From the NCBI GenBank assembly GCA_030432405.1, contig JAUIHG010000001.1:5908-69907 (forward strand): a stretch of 64,000 bases of DNA, given 5' to 3'. The notes beneath the pieces are model-generated. The model saw only the letters and a list, made by a program, of their open reading frames with translations, was not told where the DNA came from and did no database searches. Below, piece by piece: positions 63,696-64,000 of the stretch. This DNA comes from Bacteroidia bacterium. GTDB lineage: Bacteria > Bacteroidota > Bacteroidia > Chitinophagales > BACL12. The stretch's first letter is position 1, and each line of letters starts with the position of its first letter. Both the position numbers and the translations under genes were made by a program.

Positions 63696-64000
63696 GACAG
63701 CGCGCTTTCGATGTCGGCCAATAGGGTGGTCGCGGTTTCGAGGTCTTCTGCGGGACCGCCACTTTCCACCGGCGCGTACAACGCCATTTCGCTGCGGTCC
63801 AGCAGGGCGATGCAGCGCTCGACGGCCTCCTGCGGCACACCGCGTTCCAGCAGTGTTGCACGAATGCCCTCGCGGTTGAGGTTCCCGGCCTCCAGGCCGA
63901 AGCGGTCGCCGAGGTAGGCCCACAGGGCGTGGACCAGCTCGTCGTAGAAGGCTTTGCGTTCGCCGGAGGCGGCCAGGGTCCGGGCCTTTTTGAGGCGTTT
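63692..64000 (-). CDS. batD: BatD-like protein, C-terminal part (partial, runs off the right edge)
   Basis: My translation of the minus strand is KRLKKARTLAASGERKAFYDELVHALWAYLGDRFGLEAGNLNREGIRATLLERGVPQEAVERCIALLDRSEMALYAP... This matches the BatD C-terminal pattern. Its TGA stop overlaps the batE ATG (ATGA). Confidence 0.6.
   Translation of the reverse strand, partial: KRLKKARTLAASGERKAFYDELVHALWAYLGDRFGLEAGNLNREGIRATLLERGVPQEAVERCIALLDRSEMALYAPVESGGPAEDLETATTLLADIESALS

Noticed and set aside
1-64000. CRISPR arrays, IS elements, integrases, prophage genes, rRNA or tRNA genes
   Set aside because: Reading ORF translations and intergenic regions showed no regularly spaced repeats, no transposase/integrase/RT-like translation and no RNA-gene signatures. 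A computational scan (tRNAscan-SE, Infernal, ISEScan) could still find something I missed.

Overview
High-GC window (about 60-68% by hand counts), densely coded. It looks like a Bacteroidota-type chromosome: signal peptides ending in AQ, T9SS C-terminal sorting domains, an ExbB-ExbD-ExbD-TonB cluster, a BlaI/BlaR-TonB fusion and BatD/BatE. I support about 54 CDS. They include a 1543-aa FG-GAP/ASPIC T9SS protein and a photolyase cluster (DUF2256, Cry-DASH, an RNase-H-fold-like ORF, a COG3046 photolyase-like protein, RecO). There are also two TonB-dependent receptors, two tandem 7TMR-DISM sensor kinases with a NarL-type regulator, Mfd, an App1-like phosphatase beside a DAG-kinase-like lipid kinase, PPK2, a sulfotransferase, a GT35 phosphorylase-like protein and a PhoD phosphatase. 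I found no rRNA, tRNA, CRISPR array, transposase or integrase. The points most worth a second look are: (1) a low-GC islet at about 21.9-24.07 kb carrying a PD-(D/E)XK nuclease-like gene, followed by a hairpin-rich non-coding stretch; (2) the two kinases, one lacking the phospho-accepting His and the other lacking the ATP-binding motifs; (3) the phosphorylase-like protein, which has Thr where the PLP-binding Lys is expected; (4) the COG3046 photolyase-like protein, which has only two Cys and so cannot hold the usual 4Fe-4S cluster, plus a nuclease-fold ORF packed between the two photolyase genes; (5) an orphan HigA in a second lower-GC patch. Functional calls come from motif recognition by eye, with no searches run. 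Many track ORFs are antisense or N-terminally over-extended artefacts of the high GC content, and I trimmed starts accordingly.
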